DNA of 64,000 nt from Eledone cirrhosa. Lineage: Eukaryota. Location: positions 124,496,001 to 124,560,000 of the forward strand of contig OZ024742.1 in NCBI GenBank assembly GCA_964016885.1. The letters are read 5' to 3'. Within the stretch, counting starts at the first letter, position 1. Each line of letters begins with the position of its first letter. A program made the translations under genes and the position numbers. The notes under the pieces were generated by a model, which saw only the letters and a program-made list of their open reading frames with translations, did no database searches and was not told where the DNA came from. Positions 13,557 through 27,057 of this stretch are shown piece by piece.

Positions 13557-13699
13557 TAGTTATCAAAGTATTGAGTGCCTATCATACCATTATCTTCAAG
13601 TTGCTCTTAAGTCAACAGACACATTCACAAACACACACACTCACACACATATGTGCAACCACACACACACACACACACACACACATACATATATACAAT

Positions 13700-13752
<53 letters not shown>

Positions 13753-13792
13753 TACACACATATACACACATATATATATATATATATCATTA

Positions 13793-16700
13793 TCTATAAA
13801 AAGCAGATTTTTGTGTCTGTATGTATGTTTCAATTTTATACATTTACACAATTTCAAAAATATTGAACGAATAATTCAGCAGAATGTTTACAAATATTCT
13901 AACTTGGGTCATGGGCGATCTTATTGGGTAAAAAATGCCACAATTACGGAAAAATCGATGATTTCAACAATCGATGATTTCTCCTCTCTCATATGATATA
14001 CGTTTCCTATATCTACTCCCATTCATCACCTCCCCTTAAAATTGCTACCTTCTCTTATAAGTGTTTGTGAAAAAGAGAAACATTGAAAAAAAACATATAC
14101 ACACACATATGTGGGTGCATACACACACATATATGTGGGTATGGTGACGATTGACGTCATAGAAACAGGAACGCGGGAATTTCAATCAATCAACGCATAC
14201 ATAGTTTGTTTTAGAAATACCAATAACACACATCGGCCTTACACTTTCAAACTAAATTTTTCTGTATAAGTAACTTTAACCCTTTATTTTCGACATAAAA
14301 ATACACACATACAAACAAATACCTGTAAACTTTTTTGGGGACCTTTCTTATCAATCTTTTTACATTCAATTATCAGCCTTATACTTTCAAAGTCAATTTT
14401 TATGTTGAAGTAACTTCCACCCTTTATTTTTCGATACCCATTTACTTACTAACATTTGTATCACAACAACAATAACAATATTCATAAACAGACAGTAGAC
14501 TTTTAAAGTCAATTTTTCTGTAGAAGTAACTTTCACCCTTTCTTTTGGATATAAAATGCCACCAAAAAGAGAAGTCGCATCAGTCGACATACCGCGTCAG
14601 CAGTGGCGCAAAAGGCTACTATAGCAAACGAGTCATCTGAGGAAAATGCTTCAAGACTTTCACAGACAGCCTTACGTTCAGCAGAATGTCGAGCCGCTGA
14701 AAGTTTCCAACAGCGCACCGCACGCCTAGCCAAAATGGCTTCATACCAGGCTTCTTCCAGGGCTTCAGAGAGCGTGAACAAAGGTCGAAGCGCCTGGCTA
14801 GGAACGCTGCGACTAATGCTGCTTCCAGGTCTTTGGAACGTTTAAAACAATGGACGGCTAGCCTTCCTACGAACGCTGCGGCTATGACTACCTCCATGGC
14901 TTCTGAAGATGCAGACGGGCGGTCCATTAGCATTCCAAATGTTGCTTCTGCTATTGCTGCCAGACCTTCCCACCAACCACACGACCAATGTTCTACGTTC
15001 AAGCGTAACAGTCGACGAGCCACAACAGCCCTTACAGGCACCTACGGGCTTTCAAGTATGAGCAAAACGTTAATTACTCGATGCGCTCTGATATAAATAT
15101 AGACGAGATGCGCTTCAATTGCCAATTCTGCAATGCTACAAAGTGGGCTGGGGAGCCATCTGCAATGTGCTGCTTAAACGGTAAGGTCACCTTGCCCCCT
15201 CTTCCGGAACCACCAGAGCCTTTGAAGGAAATACTGACTGGTTATACCTCAAGGTCATCCAAATTCCTTCAGATCATCAGGAAATACAATTGTGCGTTTC
15301 AGATGACTTCTTTCGGGGCTAACGTTGTCAGAGAAAGTGGTTGGATGCCTACTTTCAAGGTCCAGAGGAAGGTGTACCAACTTATTGGGTCGCTCCAGCC
15401 ACTACAAAATTGCAAGCATTCGTTCCTTCAAATTTACTTTATTTCGAACTACAGTAGGCAAGTTGATGTGCGGTTTGGCGTTATTCCACCACCTGCAAAC
15501 AATGACGCTGACAACTTTGACAGGGACGTGCTGCTCAGTCTGCAAAACATGCTTCATGAGCACAACAGCTATATTCGCAGTTTTAAATACGCCTTGGAAA
15601 CAGCTCCTTCACCAAACTTCACCATTGTCATCGATGCTGACAAAAGACCTTCTGGAGAGCACACACGCCGTTATAACACTCCTTCGTGCAATGAAGTGGC
15701 TGTAGTTCTCCATGGTGAACAGCACAATAAGCGAGACATAGTTCTTCAAAGCCGTGACAGTGGTCTTCAACGTATTAATGAGACACATCGTTCCTACGAC
15801 GCCCTGCAGTATCCCCTTCTTTTTGCATACGGAGAAGACGGCTACCATTTCGGCATTCCTCAGTGCAAACCAAACGAGCCCACTGCTGCGACATCTAAAA
15901 CTGTTTCATGTATGGTTTTGTACTCATACCGCTTCATGCGAGGCCTAATGATTTTATACCCCTGCACAGATCACGGGAACTGTTTCACCAGTTTGCCGTT
16001 GACATGGCTGCAAAGATGGAGTCGGAGAGACTGTGCTTCATCAAATTGAATCAGAAGCATCTGCGCTCAGACTCCTACATCCATTTGCGTGACGGCATCA
16101 TGAATGACAATGACCCCCGGAACATCGGCAAAATGTGCATTCTACCCTAAACATATACAAGGGGGGCCACGGTACATGCATGAGCGATCATAAGACGCTA
16201 TTACTTTCGTTCGGCATTATGGGCGCCCCGATTTATTCATCACGTTTACGTGTAACCCGAAGTGGGTTGAGGTAACGCGAGAACTTCTCCCAGGGCAGCA
16301 GTACTGCCATCGCCATGATATTATTGCCAGGGTTTTTAGACTGAAGCTGGCTAAGATAATTGATTTAATCAAAAAGGGGCAGGCTTTTGGGCCTGTTAAG
16401 TGCCACATGTATACTGTTGAGTGGCAGAAGAGAGGGTTGCCACACGCGTACATTTTGGTTTGGTTGATCACCAAAATATACCCTACAGTTATAGATGACA
16501 TCATCGCAGCAGAAATCCCCGACCCCACTGTTGACAGGCAGCTATACGACATTATGAAGGCACACATGATGCACGGCCCGTGCGGTCCCGGTTTTCAAGA
16601 GTTCTCCTCATGCCACAAAAACCATGTGTGCACTAAACGATACCCAAATAGGTTCGTGGACGAGACACAGACCGGCGGCGACGGATACCCTCTGTACAGA

Positions 16701-16880
16701 CGAAGGGGCCCTGAGAATGGTAGATTCACTATGACCTTACGGGGTCATCGTGTTAATAATCGCTGGGTGGTCCCGTACTGTCCATTTCTGATGAAAACTT
16801 TCAACGCTCATATAAATGTTGAGTTCTATCATTCAGTAAAATCGATAAAGTACATATGTAAATATGTTAACAAGGGTTCT
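13793..16880 (+). mobile_element. Helitron, 3'-truncated
   Basis: Putative 5' TC terminus (TCTATAAAAAGCAG...GTGTCTGTATGT), three roughly 125-140-bp repeats at 14236, 14376 and 14497, then a Rep pseudogene; the 5' boundary is inferred. Confidence 0.8.
14556..16880 (+). pseudogene. Helitron Rep (HUH endonuclease), frameshifted, helicase absent
   Basis: MPPKR start, CQFCNATKW..CCLNGKV, SYDALQYPLLF, GRPDLFITFTCNPKW, VEWQKRGLPHAYIL, KSIKYICKYVNKG. Confidence 0.95.
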
Positions 16881-17160
16881 TTTAATTTATACATTATCTT
16901 CCAACGGTTTTCAACCTCTCTATGTAAAACAATATATCTTCTCTCAGTTATAAAAACTATCTCTTTCTCTCTATCACCCATCTCTCCCTCTCCACCTTCA
17001 CTCTCATCTCCTCCCCTTTTTTCATCCTTTCCACCCACCCCCCTCTCTAAATAAAATAGTTTTCCCAATATCACACTTCAATCTAAAACTACTTTTCATA
17101 TGTTGATTTAAAACTGCACTATCCACAAGTGTTTTTTAGCCTTCATATCATGTTCTCCTG

Positions 17161-17227
17161 TTTTATCTGATGAAAACACAAATATTATTGCATGATGATG
17201 TTTGTTTTTGAAATGCGCATAATAAAA
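17161..17227 (+). ncRNA. Type I hammerhead ribozyme motif, intact core
   Basis: TTTTAT-CTGATGA-[AAACACAAATATTATT/GATGATGTTTGTTTTT]-GAAA-TGCGCA-TA-ATAAAA; palindromic stem III ATGCGCAT. Confidence 0.85.
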
Positions 17228-17342
17228 TACATGGAACTCCTTTAACCATCTTTTGATCTTATATATTATGTATACTCCAGTGTAGAGTGCTTCTTATCCG
17301 ATATCTGCATTGCTTTATTGTACTACAATAAAACTCACCTCC

Positions 17343-17420
<78 letters not shown>

Positions 17421-17589
17421 TAAGTACTCATACATATACTCATATACACAGGCACACAAAAACAGCTCTACATGCAGAAAATGCAGATAGGTAAGAGGTA
17501 CTTACATAACCATAGTGGCCGTATTTCAGGTTGAGGAGGGGTGGGGGGAAGGAGGTAGAGGGGCTAAAATGGGGAAGTCGTTTTTAGCC

Positions 17590-19285
17590 ATCGGGCATTA
17601 TACTGGCTTATGGTATTTGAAAGGTGCAAAGTTCTTGTGCATGCAGTTCGGACAGTGTTCAGAGAGTTTGTTCAGCATCGGGCCCTTGTCGAATAAAATT
17701 TCATAGCTCTCTGAGATACAAAGGTCGCAGCCCTTGTGTACTCCAATTAAAGAGGGCGCTTTCTGGAATATTTTCCATTTAAGCGTGAAGGGGTGGAGTT
17801 CCTTTTGATGTCCCAAACATAAGAAGCGAGTGTTGTCTGGTTTGATTTGTCCGGTCTTCTGAAGGACTGGGTATGGGCATACCAACGGGTCTTAAAGTTA
17901 TTGGAAGTCTTTGCCGATGTAAGTCTTTTTGTTATTGCGATCATCAGTGCCTGAGATGACATCGCATTTGTATACGATATCATTTGTCAGGCATTTGTTT
18001 TCAAGTGAGCAGGCTTCCTTATTTAGGTAATTACACAAGGCCCCAGTCCGGAGACTGGGTTCGGAGGTGGTTGGCTTATTTAATTTTTTAGAATTGTGGT
18101 TGGCTATATTCCTAGCTAGGTTAGGTGTGGTGTAGTAGGGGAGTTTTTTTGTGTTCTTATTAAAGATGGTGTAGTACCTATGGTGTATGAGGAAGTGTGT
18201 TTTCAGCAAAGTGAAGAAAATCCTAGCTATCGGTGTAGAGACCTCTCTATTGAAGGGAGGGCTGTACCAGCTAATCTGCCTATGCTTATTCCTCCTCTGC
18301 AAACTTGCGGTGGTTTCTAGGTAGGTTATCTTTTCTTTAAATCCGCTGTGGGCGAGGGCATCATTGTAGTAGGAGGCAGAGGTGTTAAAAATATGATCGT
18401 GGGCAGAGAGGCCAGAGATCCTAATAGAGACGCTTTTTACTTAGTTATCAGTGATGTTTTGGGGGTGGTTAGAATTAAGATTAATATATCTAAGGGACTC
18501 GTTAGGTTTGCGGTAGGGGTAATAGGGGAAGTATCTAGGTCGAGAGTGACATCTAAGAAGTTGGCCGTAGTCATATTAGATTCTATAGTTATACTAAATC
18601 CTAGATTAGAGAAGCACGAGCTTAAGTTTCTCCGAAACCCATCGGTGGTTCTGGGGTTAACCTTGTACAGGATGAAGAGGCCGTCGTCTCGGTATAAACC
18701 TACGGTTAGGCCGGTAAAGAGGATATTCAGGTGATGTAAAATGTACAAGCCCACAAGGTCGCTAATTTCAGCCGAGTCGCTAATTTCAGCCAGTAACATC
18801 CATCGTGGTATAGAAAGCTCTTACGGGCGTGGAGGATAACAACTTGCTCATAATCGGTAATGGTGGTAAAATTCCTGGCAAAGGTAATTGCGTCTTTCAG
18901 GAGGGGCTCCGAGATAGAGGCATAGTAGTTTTCTATGTGGAGTTGCAGGAAGCGAGTGTGGCGTTTGTCGGGTAATTCTTGGAACCAGTATATTGCCTCA
19001 GATGTTCTGCTCCAGAGTTGGAGTGGTGAGGCAACCCGCAACGATGGTAGAACTCTATCTAGGATCTTCTTACTGATAGAGCCGATGTCTGAACGAGTGG
19101 GGTTGATAAGTCTGACTGATGGTTTGTTGAGGAAGTTTCCCTTATGGTCCTTCAGGGTAAAGTGCGGGGTCTTTACCCTTAAAGGTTCGGTTCGGTCATG
19201 TAATTTAAGGGACTTGGCGATTTCTTTTCGGCCCGCGTTTGTCTCAGTCACTGCCATCTCTATTACCTTTTTGTAGGTGGTCATG
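17590..19285 (-). mobile_element. Penelope-like element (Naiad-type) RT plus GIY-YIG, disrupted
   Basis: LKDHKGNFLNKPSVRLINPTRSDIG, GLYRDDGL, NFLDVTLDL, WYSPPFN, CNY..C...C..IVYKC, TYIG, CDLCISE. Confidence 0.92.
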
Positions 19286-19661
19286 ATGGCATTTTGAATG
19301 AATTCCCTTTTCTATCAACCAATGACCTCTACCCATCCCATTCCCTACCACCTGAAGAGGCCTATAAATACCATATTTATTTTTTGAGACCCAGATACCT
19401 GTTGATTTCTAAAGAATAAAACAGTTCTAGTCCTGTAGAATCTCATCTATATTAAAACTATATATATATATAAGTTATCAAAGTTAAATATATATATATA
19501 TATATCAAGTAAGTATGTTTTGAAACAGTGAGCAGGTTTGAAATTAGATAATAGAATAGTTTTCACCGTATTTTTAACGAAAGGAATGTTAGCCTGATAA
19601 TGGGCTTTAGAACCCTCAGATAAATGGAAAAAGATGAGTATTGACGTACGTAGAGGAGATG

Positions 19662-19712
<51 letters not shown>

Positions 19713-19799
19713 ACTTTGATAACTTTCATAACGTTGATAGGATTCAGCCAGCATTGGCCGAGTACATCTCAAAATGAAAAGCACCATCTGGCGAAGTAT

Positions 19800-21060
19800 T
19801 TCAAGTCAAGAGTTAGACAATATGGCCCACTCAAGTAGAAAGTTATTGTTTTCAGGAAAATATCTTGGAGTAGCTTGTTCATCCAAAAATTCTTGGAGGA
19901 ATTTATCCAAAACCAATTAGAATTTTACGAAATGTGTTTCTTTTTATATGTGTATTTGGTGTGTTTTTAAAGATGTTGGGACGAGTTGACCTGAAATAAT
20001 CGACTTTTGAGTTGCTTCAATATTCATAATACTTTGTTTCGTATTGGTAGACTGGAGTGGACAACAGTATTCAAGGTGTGACCGTGAAAACACGAAGAGA
20101 ATATTGTGCAGGTATCTCTTGACTAGGAATATCTGAAAATCCAGGAACACATACTGCGGGTTAAGTCAATTTTGGTATTTATATGAGTAGCCCAGTTTTG
20201 TGCATCCTCCTTTCCAAAGTGGATTAGTTAACATTTGTCCCCGTTTAGTAGCATATTGTTCTTTGCCATCCATTTAATAACAGCATGTATTACTGGCTGA
20301 AGGTATGCCTGCTCTTCCACTCCATTGGTGACCTTCTGATGCTCGGAATCATCAGCGAAGTTTTTTTTCTTACGTCGCTGGCTTGATGACGTCGAGATTG
20401 TCATTCATATGAATAAATTTGGGAAACTACTGATTTGGCTGTGTTTGCTTTTATTGTTTCGACCATAACACGCTGAGCTTTGTTTGTCAGGAAATACTTG
20501 ATACATCGTTGTAACTTCTCAGAGACACCAACGTCGGATGAATGTTCAGCAGCATGTTATGATCAACCCTGTCAAAAGCCTTTGTTGAAATTAAAATGTA
20601 TGACATCAGTGCTTGAACCATTTAAGAGAGCCCTTAAAATGTCATCTAATGATGCACGAACTGCGTGCATCATTACACTAGCTAGAGGAGATGCAAGTTG
20701 TTGTAAACACACCTTCATGATACTAGCAAGGACACTACCAGGACCTACTGATGTATTTAATTTCGTTCATAGCACTAAGACATCAGTGGCGCCAAACCTT
20801 ATGGCGGAAATAGTGTGTTGGGGATTAACATCCCTGACACAGCCCAGATCAGCCTTATAAGGATTGCTTAAAGCAGAGCAATATTGCTTCTGCAGTATCT
20901 AAATAATGGTTATTATAGTGCCGTTTATGAAAGTGACCGTGTGCTTTTTCACAAAGTAAAAAGTACTTGGGTGTTGAGTTTCATTTTCTCAATAGCCTAT
21001 TCCTCATGATCTGCCCTCGTCATCATGTTTTGTTGGAAAGCATATTTCTTCGATATATAA
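19800..21060 (-). mobile_element. CR1/L2-group LINE fragment, internally deleted
   Basis: Homologous to 8640-10600 (RSHLEYCC, FADDS, KAFDRVDH, ILQKQYCS). Confidence 0.85.
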
Positions 21061-21217
21061 TTATATATTTAAATTGTTTGGATCGGTTATACGAATTACA
21101 CATGAATCTCTATGTATTGCCAAATTTCATGATGCACTTGAATTATATGCATATAATTAAAAAGGAATTGAAACGTAGATTGTTACATTTGTATATCGGA
21201 TTATCCCTCACTGTCTC

Positions 21218-21249
<32 letters not shown>

Positions 21250-21312
21250 ACTCTCTCTCTCTATCTCTATATCTCTCTCTCTCTATCTCTCTCTCTCTCT
21301 CTGTATATATAC

Positions 21313-21367
<55 letters not shown>

Positions 21368-21368
<1 letters not shown>

Positions 21369-21522
21369 CGAAGGAAATGTGGTAAGGAACCAGGTGGACC
21401 ATAACGCGCCAAAGTACTCAATACTTGAGGTAGTAGAGTGGGTAATAGGAACCAGTAAGACCCCGTCCAGAATTAGCCGTCGAAACGGCTTGAGCTCAGC
21501 TGTCGGGGTCTTACTGGTGCCT
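21368..21522. mobile_element. Second copy of the GTGGTAAGGAACCAG small repeat, with hairpin
   Basis: ACCAGTAAGACCCCG...CGGGGTCTTACTGGT inverted pair. Confidence 0.75.
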
Positions 21523-22539
21523 ATATATATATATATATACATACATAAATGAGGTAACAAACGAATAGTAAGTGAGAGAAAGGAAACGATAAAGAGAACT
21601 ATTGTATACCGGCATTTTGTATCGACCTAGAATGGAATAATGGCAACGTTGAATGAGGTGGCATTTGAAATTTGAGAGCAGAGAGATGGAACGAATACCA
21701 CAAAGCATCCTATCTGACGTTCTCACGACGTTGCCATTCACTGACTATAGAATGATATGACGTTAATAAAATGTAATACCATAGATAATATTCTCTACGA
21801 AATAAGTTTCATTACAGTTTGTGTTACATACTGCATTTTTCAACTTATTTGCACTAAGTTTTAAATATATAGTCACGATAGAAATGTGAATAGAATTAAA
21901 CCAAGTGATTTCATGTTTCTTTTTCTGCAATAGTTGCACAATAGTCGTTCACCTCTCCTCACAGTCTTCTGTTATAACAGAAAATAAAACATATACGAAT
22001 GCAGTCAAATGTAGTCTGAATTCATCGTAACTTTCGACATATTATATAACAGTATTTAATATGGATTTATCCATTTTGCCCTGCATGCTGCATTCTCCGA
22101 TTCATTAAATGACTTCACTTAATATGATTGAAGACAGCACTACCCCAGATAAATTGCTTCTGTAATGCTGAATTTGGCCTATGATATATTATTTATAGAT
22201 CATCTAGTTCGTAATTACAAATATTCAACAAAATCACACTAGTAAGTGATTAATGTTTGATACAATCATATGGTTAGATTCATAGGTTAAAGATATTTAA
22301 GCTGAAGGTCATTTTCACTTTTTCAACGCAAACTTTTCATTGGTCCGTTTCGGGATTATGTGAAGATGGTGCCCAATTTCTATTTATGCATGATTGTAAT
22401 TGATTGTAATTAACACAATTGCTATCAGTATTTTATAGAATACACTCCTAAACAAAAACATCATCCATCTTGCTGTCTGAGAACTAAGTTCAACAATAAA
22501 GATAGAAAGTGAGAGGGAGAAAATGAGAAAGATATATAG

Positions 22540-22705
22540 AGGAAGAACCCACTCTAGTATAAGACTGGTACGTTTATATCGATCTCGAAAGGATGAAAGG
22601 CAGAGTTGATCTCGGCGGGATTTGAACTCAGAGAGCAGAGGTGCGGAACGAATATCATAAATCATTCTATCCGACGTTTTAATGACTCTACCAATTCGCC
22701 CATCA
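22540..22705 (-). mobile_element. SINE family A copy
   Basis: AAGGATGAAAGGCAGAGTTGATCTCGGCGGGATTTGAACTCAGA. Confidence 0.8.
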
Positions 22706-23196
22706 TACTTATCTTATATCCAGGTACGAGTCTGTAATATGTTTTCTCTAACTTTCAATTCGACGTATATTTTCTTGTTCCATAGAAAACAGCATTTTCA
22801 TCTGGAGATATTCAATACGACAAGGATATATTCCTACAATATATTTCGTTACGAAAGTTGCACTATCTTTTAATGCACTATAGATTCTATCAGTTAACAC
22901 TAATTATATTAAATCAAACAAAACGACACTGATGATACATATTTATTAGATCACAATCAGCTTCAGCACATTACAGGAAAATGAACGACTAAAAGAGTGA
23001 ACTCAACCTACTTCAATACAGAATTAACCGAGTAGCATGCAAGACGTTCAAAATTATATTTCATTACCATAGCAAAAAGAGGAAATATTACGACATTATT
23101 TTATTTTAGAATTCAATATAAATGCATGGTGAATTAGAATTATAAGACCCCGTTCAATTAATGGCATGCCGAAAATCTGTGAGGTTTACTCTAATG

Positions 23197-23283
<87 letters not shown>

Positions 23284-23469
23284 GGTGTGTGTGTGAGATA
23301 GAGAGAGAAAGTGTTCGTGTGTGTGAGTATGATTTAAACGTTATGTGTCTCTAATATTTAAACATTTCAATGAATAGTTACATATATATATATCCTTTTA
23401 TATAGATAGTCAGTTGTAGAGTACTGTTCACCGGACTGGATAGGGAGCTGCTATGTCAAGGAAGTTGAC

Positions 23470-24185
23470 AGCATCCTCAACTGGATAATGAGAATAGTAT
23501 ATGGCACACTGAAACCTACACCTACTCAGTGGCTGTCTATCCTTCTAAACATACACTTGAAATCACGCAAAGCATTCTGCGAATCAATGAATAGCTATCA
23601 AGAAAATAATTTCGATCTGAAGAAAGAGAAGCGAAGATCATGTAATTGTTTCTACTTTTGGCACAAGGCCAGCAATTACCCAGTACATTACTGGTACTTT
23701 ATTTTATCAACCCCGTAAGGATGAAAGGCAAAGTTAACCTTGGCGGGATTAACTTTGCCTTTCATCCTTACGGGGTCGATAAAATAAAGTACTAGTAATG
23801 TACTGGGTAATTGCTGTCCTTGTGCCAAAAGTAGACATAGAGGCGAAGATCATGTAATGAGTCTAAATTGGCTAACCAAGACCTTGACCAGGACACCACA
23901 AGTAAAACAGTTGAATTTGACTTTCCTAGAAAGCAATGAGCGTCCATTAATTGGATCCGCAAAACACGTGCCAGGACAGCCAATCATCTTTACCTATTGA
24001 ACATGAAAGCCAGCCCTGCATTTGACTCTTAGGACGCTGACCAGACAGTGCTGCATGTTTGCCTCCTCAGATGTTTACCCAGCAGCCAAGAGGGAATACA
24101 TAATATTACTAATGACGCCTTAGTATGGCTCACCAAACTCAATCTGTCTCACAAACCATTTTGCATATGTCATAAGACAAGATGA
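23470..24185 (+). mobile_element. Vingi/Ingi-like (I-group) LINE 3' fragment
   Basis: MRIVYGTLKPTPTQWL..NI and decayed FPRKQ*ASINWIR...ASPAFDS*DADQTVLH C-terminus; GAA-repeat tail; clade assignment from memory of motifs. Confidence 0.65.
23647..23842. mobile_element. Fold-back dimer of SINE family A 3' halves with 16-bp TSD
   Basis: Arms mirror around GTTAACCTTGGCGGGATTAAC; GCGAAGATCATGTAAT at 23631-23646 and 23843-23858. Confidence 0.9.
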
Positions 24186-24194
24186 AGAAGAAGA

Positions 24195-24227
<33 letters not shown>

Positions 24228-24252
24228 TACAAACACACACACACACACACAC

Positions 24253-24321
<69 letters not shown>

Positions 24322-24511
24322 CTCTAATATTTAAACATTTCAATGAATAGTTACATATATATATATATCCATTTATATAGATAGTCAGTTGTAAAGTACT
24401 ATTCACCGGACTGGACAGGGAGCTGCTATGTCAAGGAAATTGAAGAGTCCCACATTATATTCTTCTGTTTTGGATTTGTTAATGCTTCTATACTCTGTAT
24501 TTACTCTTTAA

Positions 24512-24555
24512 GCTCTGAAGAGTCCCACTTTTAGTGTGGACGAAACATTGTCAGC
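24512..24555 (+). ncRNA. Minimal type I hammerhead ribozyme, canonical core
   Basis: GCT-CTGAAGA-GTCC(CACTTTTAGTGT)GGAC-GAAAC-ATT-GTC-AGC. Confidence 0.9.
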
Positions 24556-25861
24556 AATTAAAGATATACCTATGTTCTAAGCGCTCTTTGTTGTTAATTG
24601 TATATATATATATATATTTATATATTTAAAAACAACAGTAGGCGGGACTAAAAATATTTTTTTTAAATTATAATTTTGCGGAAACACTAGACGTATTTAA
24701 ATGTCCCAGTTCGGTCATCCGATCATGATGCAAAACTTAGACGATGTCATCAGGTGTTGATTACAAATATACAATAGCAGGATTACTACGACACAAACAG
24801 AGAATATAGGATAGATTTTGTTCAGGGATGGCTCGCCAATTTGGTGTTATTTTAACGTTATGCTTCCCCGAATGGCACACCCGCATCAATCCATAAGCAT
24901 TCTGGTATAGTAGGCGGGATCGGAGGCTGTGGATTGTTAGGTGGCAACAGAAATTCTACAGCTCTCATAATATGCTATTCCCTAATATGAACCAAGCATT
25001 CCGGGGATAGAAAAGTCTAGGGGAAATAAAGTAGATCGGGAAACATTTACAGAAAACAAGCGTAGCGGGGTGATGAAATCAAAGCCTTGTTGTAATGCTA
25101 TGGCAATTTATAAGATTATAGAAATTCTACGAAATATTCAAAAAGTACAAATTCAAAAGACAGATACAATAATTATAAAGGTTACAATACTTATAAATTA
25201 AGAAAGATTATGAAAAATACTTTTAAAAATTATAAAAATTACGTGTGATTGATACGTTAAATAGATTAAGAAAAATAAATTAAGAGAAGATAAATTGGGA
25301 AGAAATATAAATATTAAAGTGTGGTTAATTATGATTCGATTGTCGCTAGTAAATTAGGGGGTCATCAAACTATGTTGTGTATATATGTGTTTGTATTGTG
25401 GAAATAAATGTGTCGAGTCATGTCTGTAACAGTTCTTCTCACCCCCGCAAAGTCTACAAATATAAGCTACCATTGACTGGGTATATTCACACAATAAATG
25501 AGAGGAACATTAATTAATTAATTAATCAATTCCAAGCACTCAAATTATAGAAACAAATTTATTCGACGTGCTTATTACTGAGAGAGCCGCAGGCAGTCAA
25601 TCGATGGTTAACACATACCAGATAATGTTAATAATAGTAAGGATAATGATATGATTATAGATAGATAAAACATTGCATATTATTATCTTTCTCTATGGTG
25701 CGATAGATTAAACGGCAGAGGTAACTAATTATTTATAATTATACTTAGGTAGAAAACGCAGATACTTACATGAAGATTAATGTGAAAATGAAACTGCGTA
25801 GGTAAATAAATTAAAACTAAAATTAAAATGAAAATTAAATCGATAGCTATTATTGAATAAA

Positions 25862-26045
25862 TTGGATTGGCAGTATCGGTAGAGGGTCAGACTCCATGCT
25901 TTCCAGCATAGTTACGTCCCTTTACGATCTGAGTTCAAATCTCGCCGAGGTTAACTTTGGCTTTCATCCATACGGGGTCGATAAAATAAAGTACTAGTAA
26001 TGCACTGGGTAATTGCTGGCCTTGTGCCTAAAGTAGAAACACTTA
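25862..26045 (+). mobile_element. SINE family A, near full length
   Basis: TGGCAGTATCGGTAGAG...GAGTTCAAATCTC...GGCCTTGTGCCTAAAGTAGAAAC. Confidence 0.9.
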
Positions 26046-26880
26046 TTGAATAAAGGTGTCATTTAATATTAGGTTACATTTGAAATATAGTATGGGATGT
26101 AGTATAATGTAGTTAGTTTAATTTTCTGCTATGAGATGAAATTTTAAAAATATAAAATTAAGGTATAGGAGTAGTTGTAATATAAATTATAACGAAGTTT
26201 GAGTGGTAAATAAATTACGGTGGTGGATAATAAATATTTCCTTTAGCAAGGAAGTACACAAAGTAGTGAACAGCAATTAATGATTGATAATTGGTATATA
26301 ATACATAATATATAAGTGAACAAGGTGAAGCATTGACTATTGGTATGGAGACCACAGTGAAACATATGGTATCAGAAGTTTACATATCACACCTGAATTA
26401 TATCATAATCATTAAACTATAGAGTAGGTGTACTCCACCTAAAGTACAAATTGTAGCACTCAATATAAGCACCTGATAAACATTAAACTAAAAGGTAAAA
26501 TGTGAATAGAAGATAGAGAACGTCAAATAGTATCGTGTAACAAACAATCTAGAGACTCGTAAAAGTTCTCGTTCGTCAGTGAGGACGTAAGTAGACATTT
26601 ACAATCGGGTCAATCTTTTTAGGAAGATTCATCTTTCACAGATCCGTGATGGGAGTTTATCTTTTATTGAGGTTAGGGTTTCGGTTCTTCATTACATCAC
26701 AAAGCACTCGACTAACTGGAGCTGCAAAAAGCTGTTACTAATGGATAGAACTTGTCATTCCGGTTATTAAATATAGTCTTATAAATTAAAGCACTCAACG
26801 TTATGCAATTCATCCATGTTAGATGGGGTGTCCCATGGTTGGTGCAGGAACGGATGTAAATATTCATTAAAAAAGTTTAA

Positions 26881-26965
<85 letters not shown>

Positions 26966-27057
26966 TTATGTTAATCGGAGATAGGTATTGTATACCCGTG
27001 TCCCACTAAGGTATTGGCAGCATAATAATTAGCTCTATGCTTTGGAGCAGAGCCGTA

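Noticed and set aside
14533-15096. Antisense and alternate-frame ORFs over the Helitron N-terminus
   Set aside because: Shadows of the repetitive, frameshifted Helitron coding region
22330-22385. Minus-strand HHLHIIPKR (HIT-like) or NWAP..CV (lectin-like) peptides
   Set aside because: Short, flanked by stops, consistent with chance
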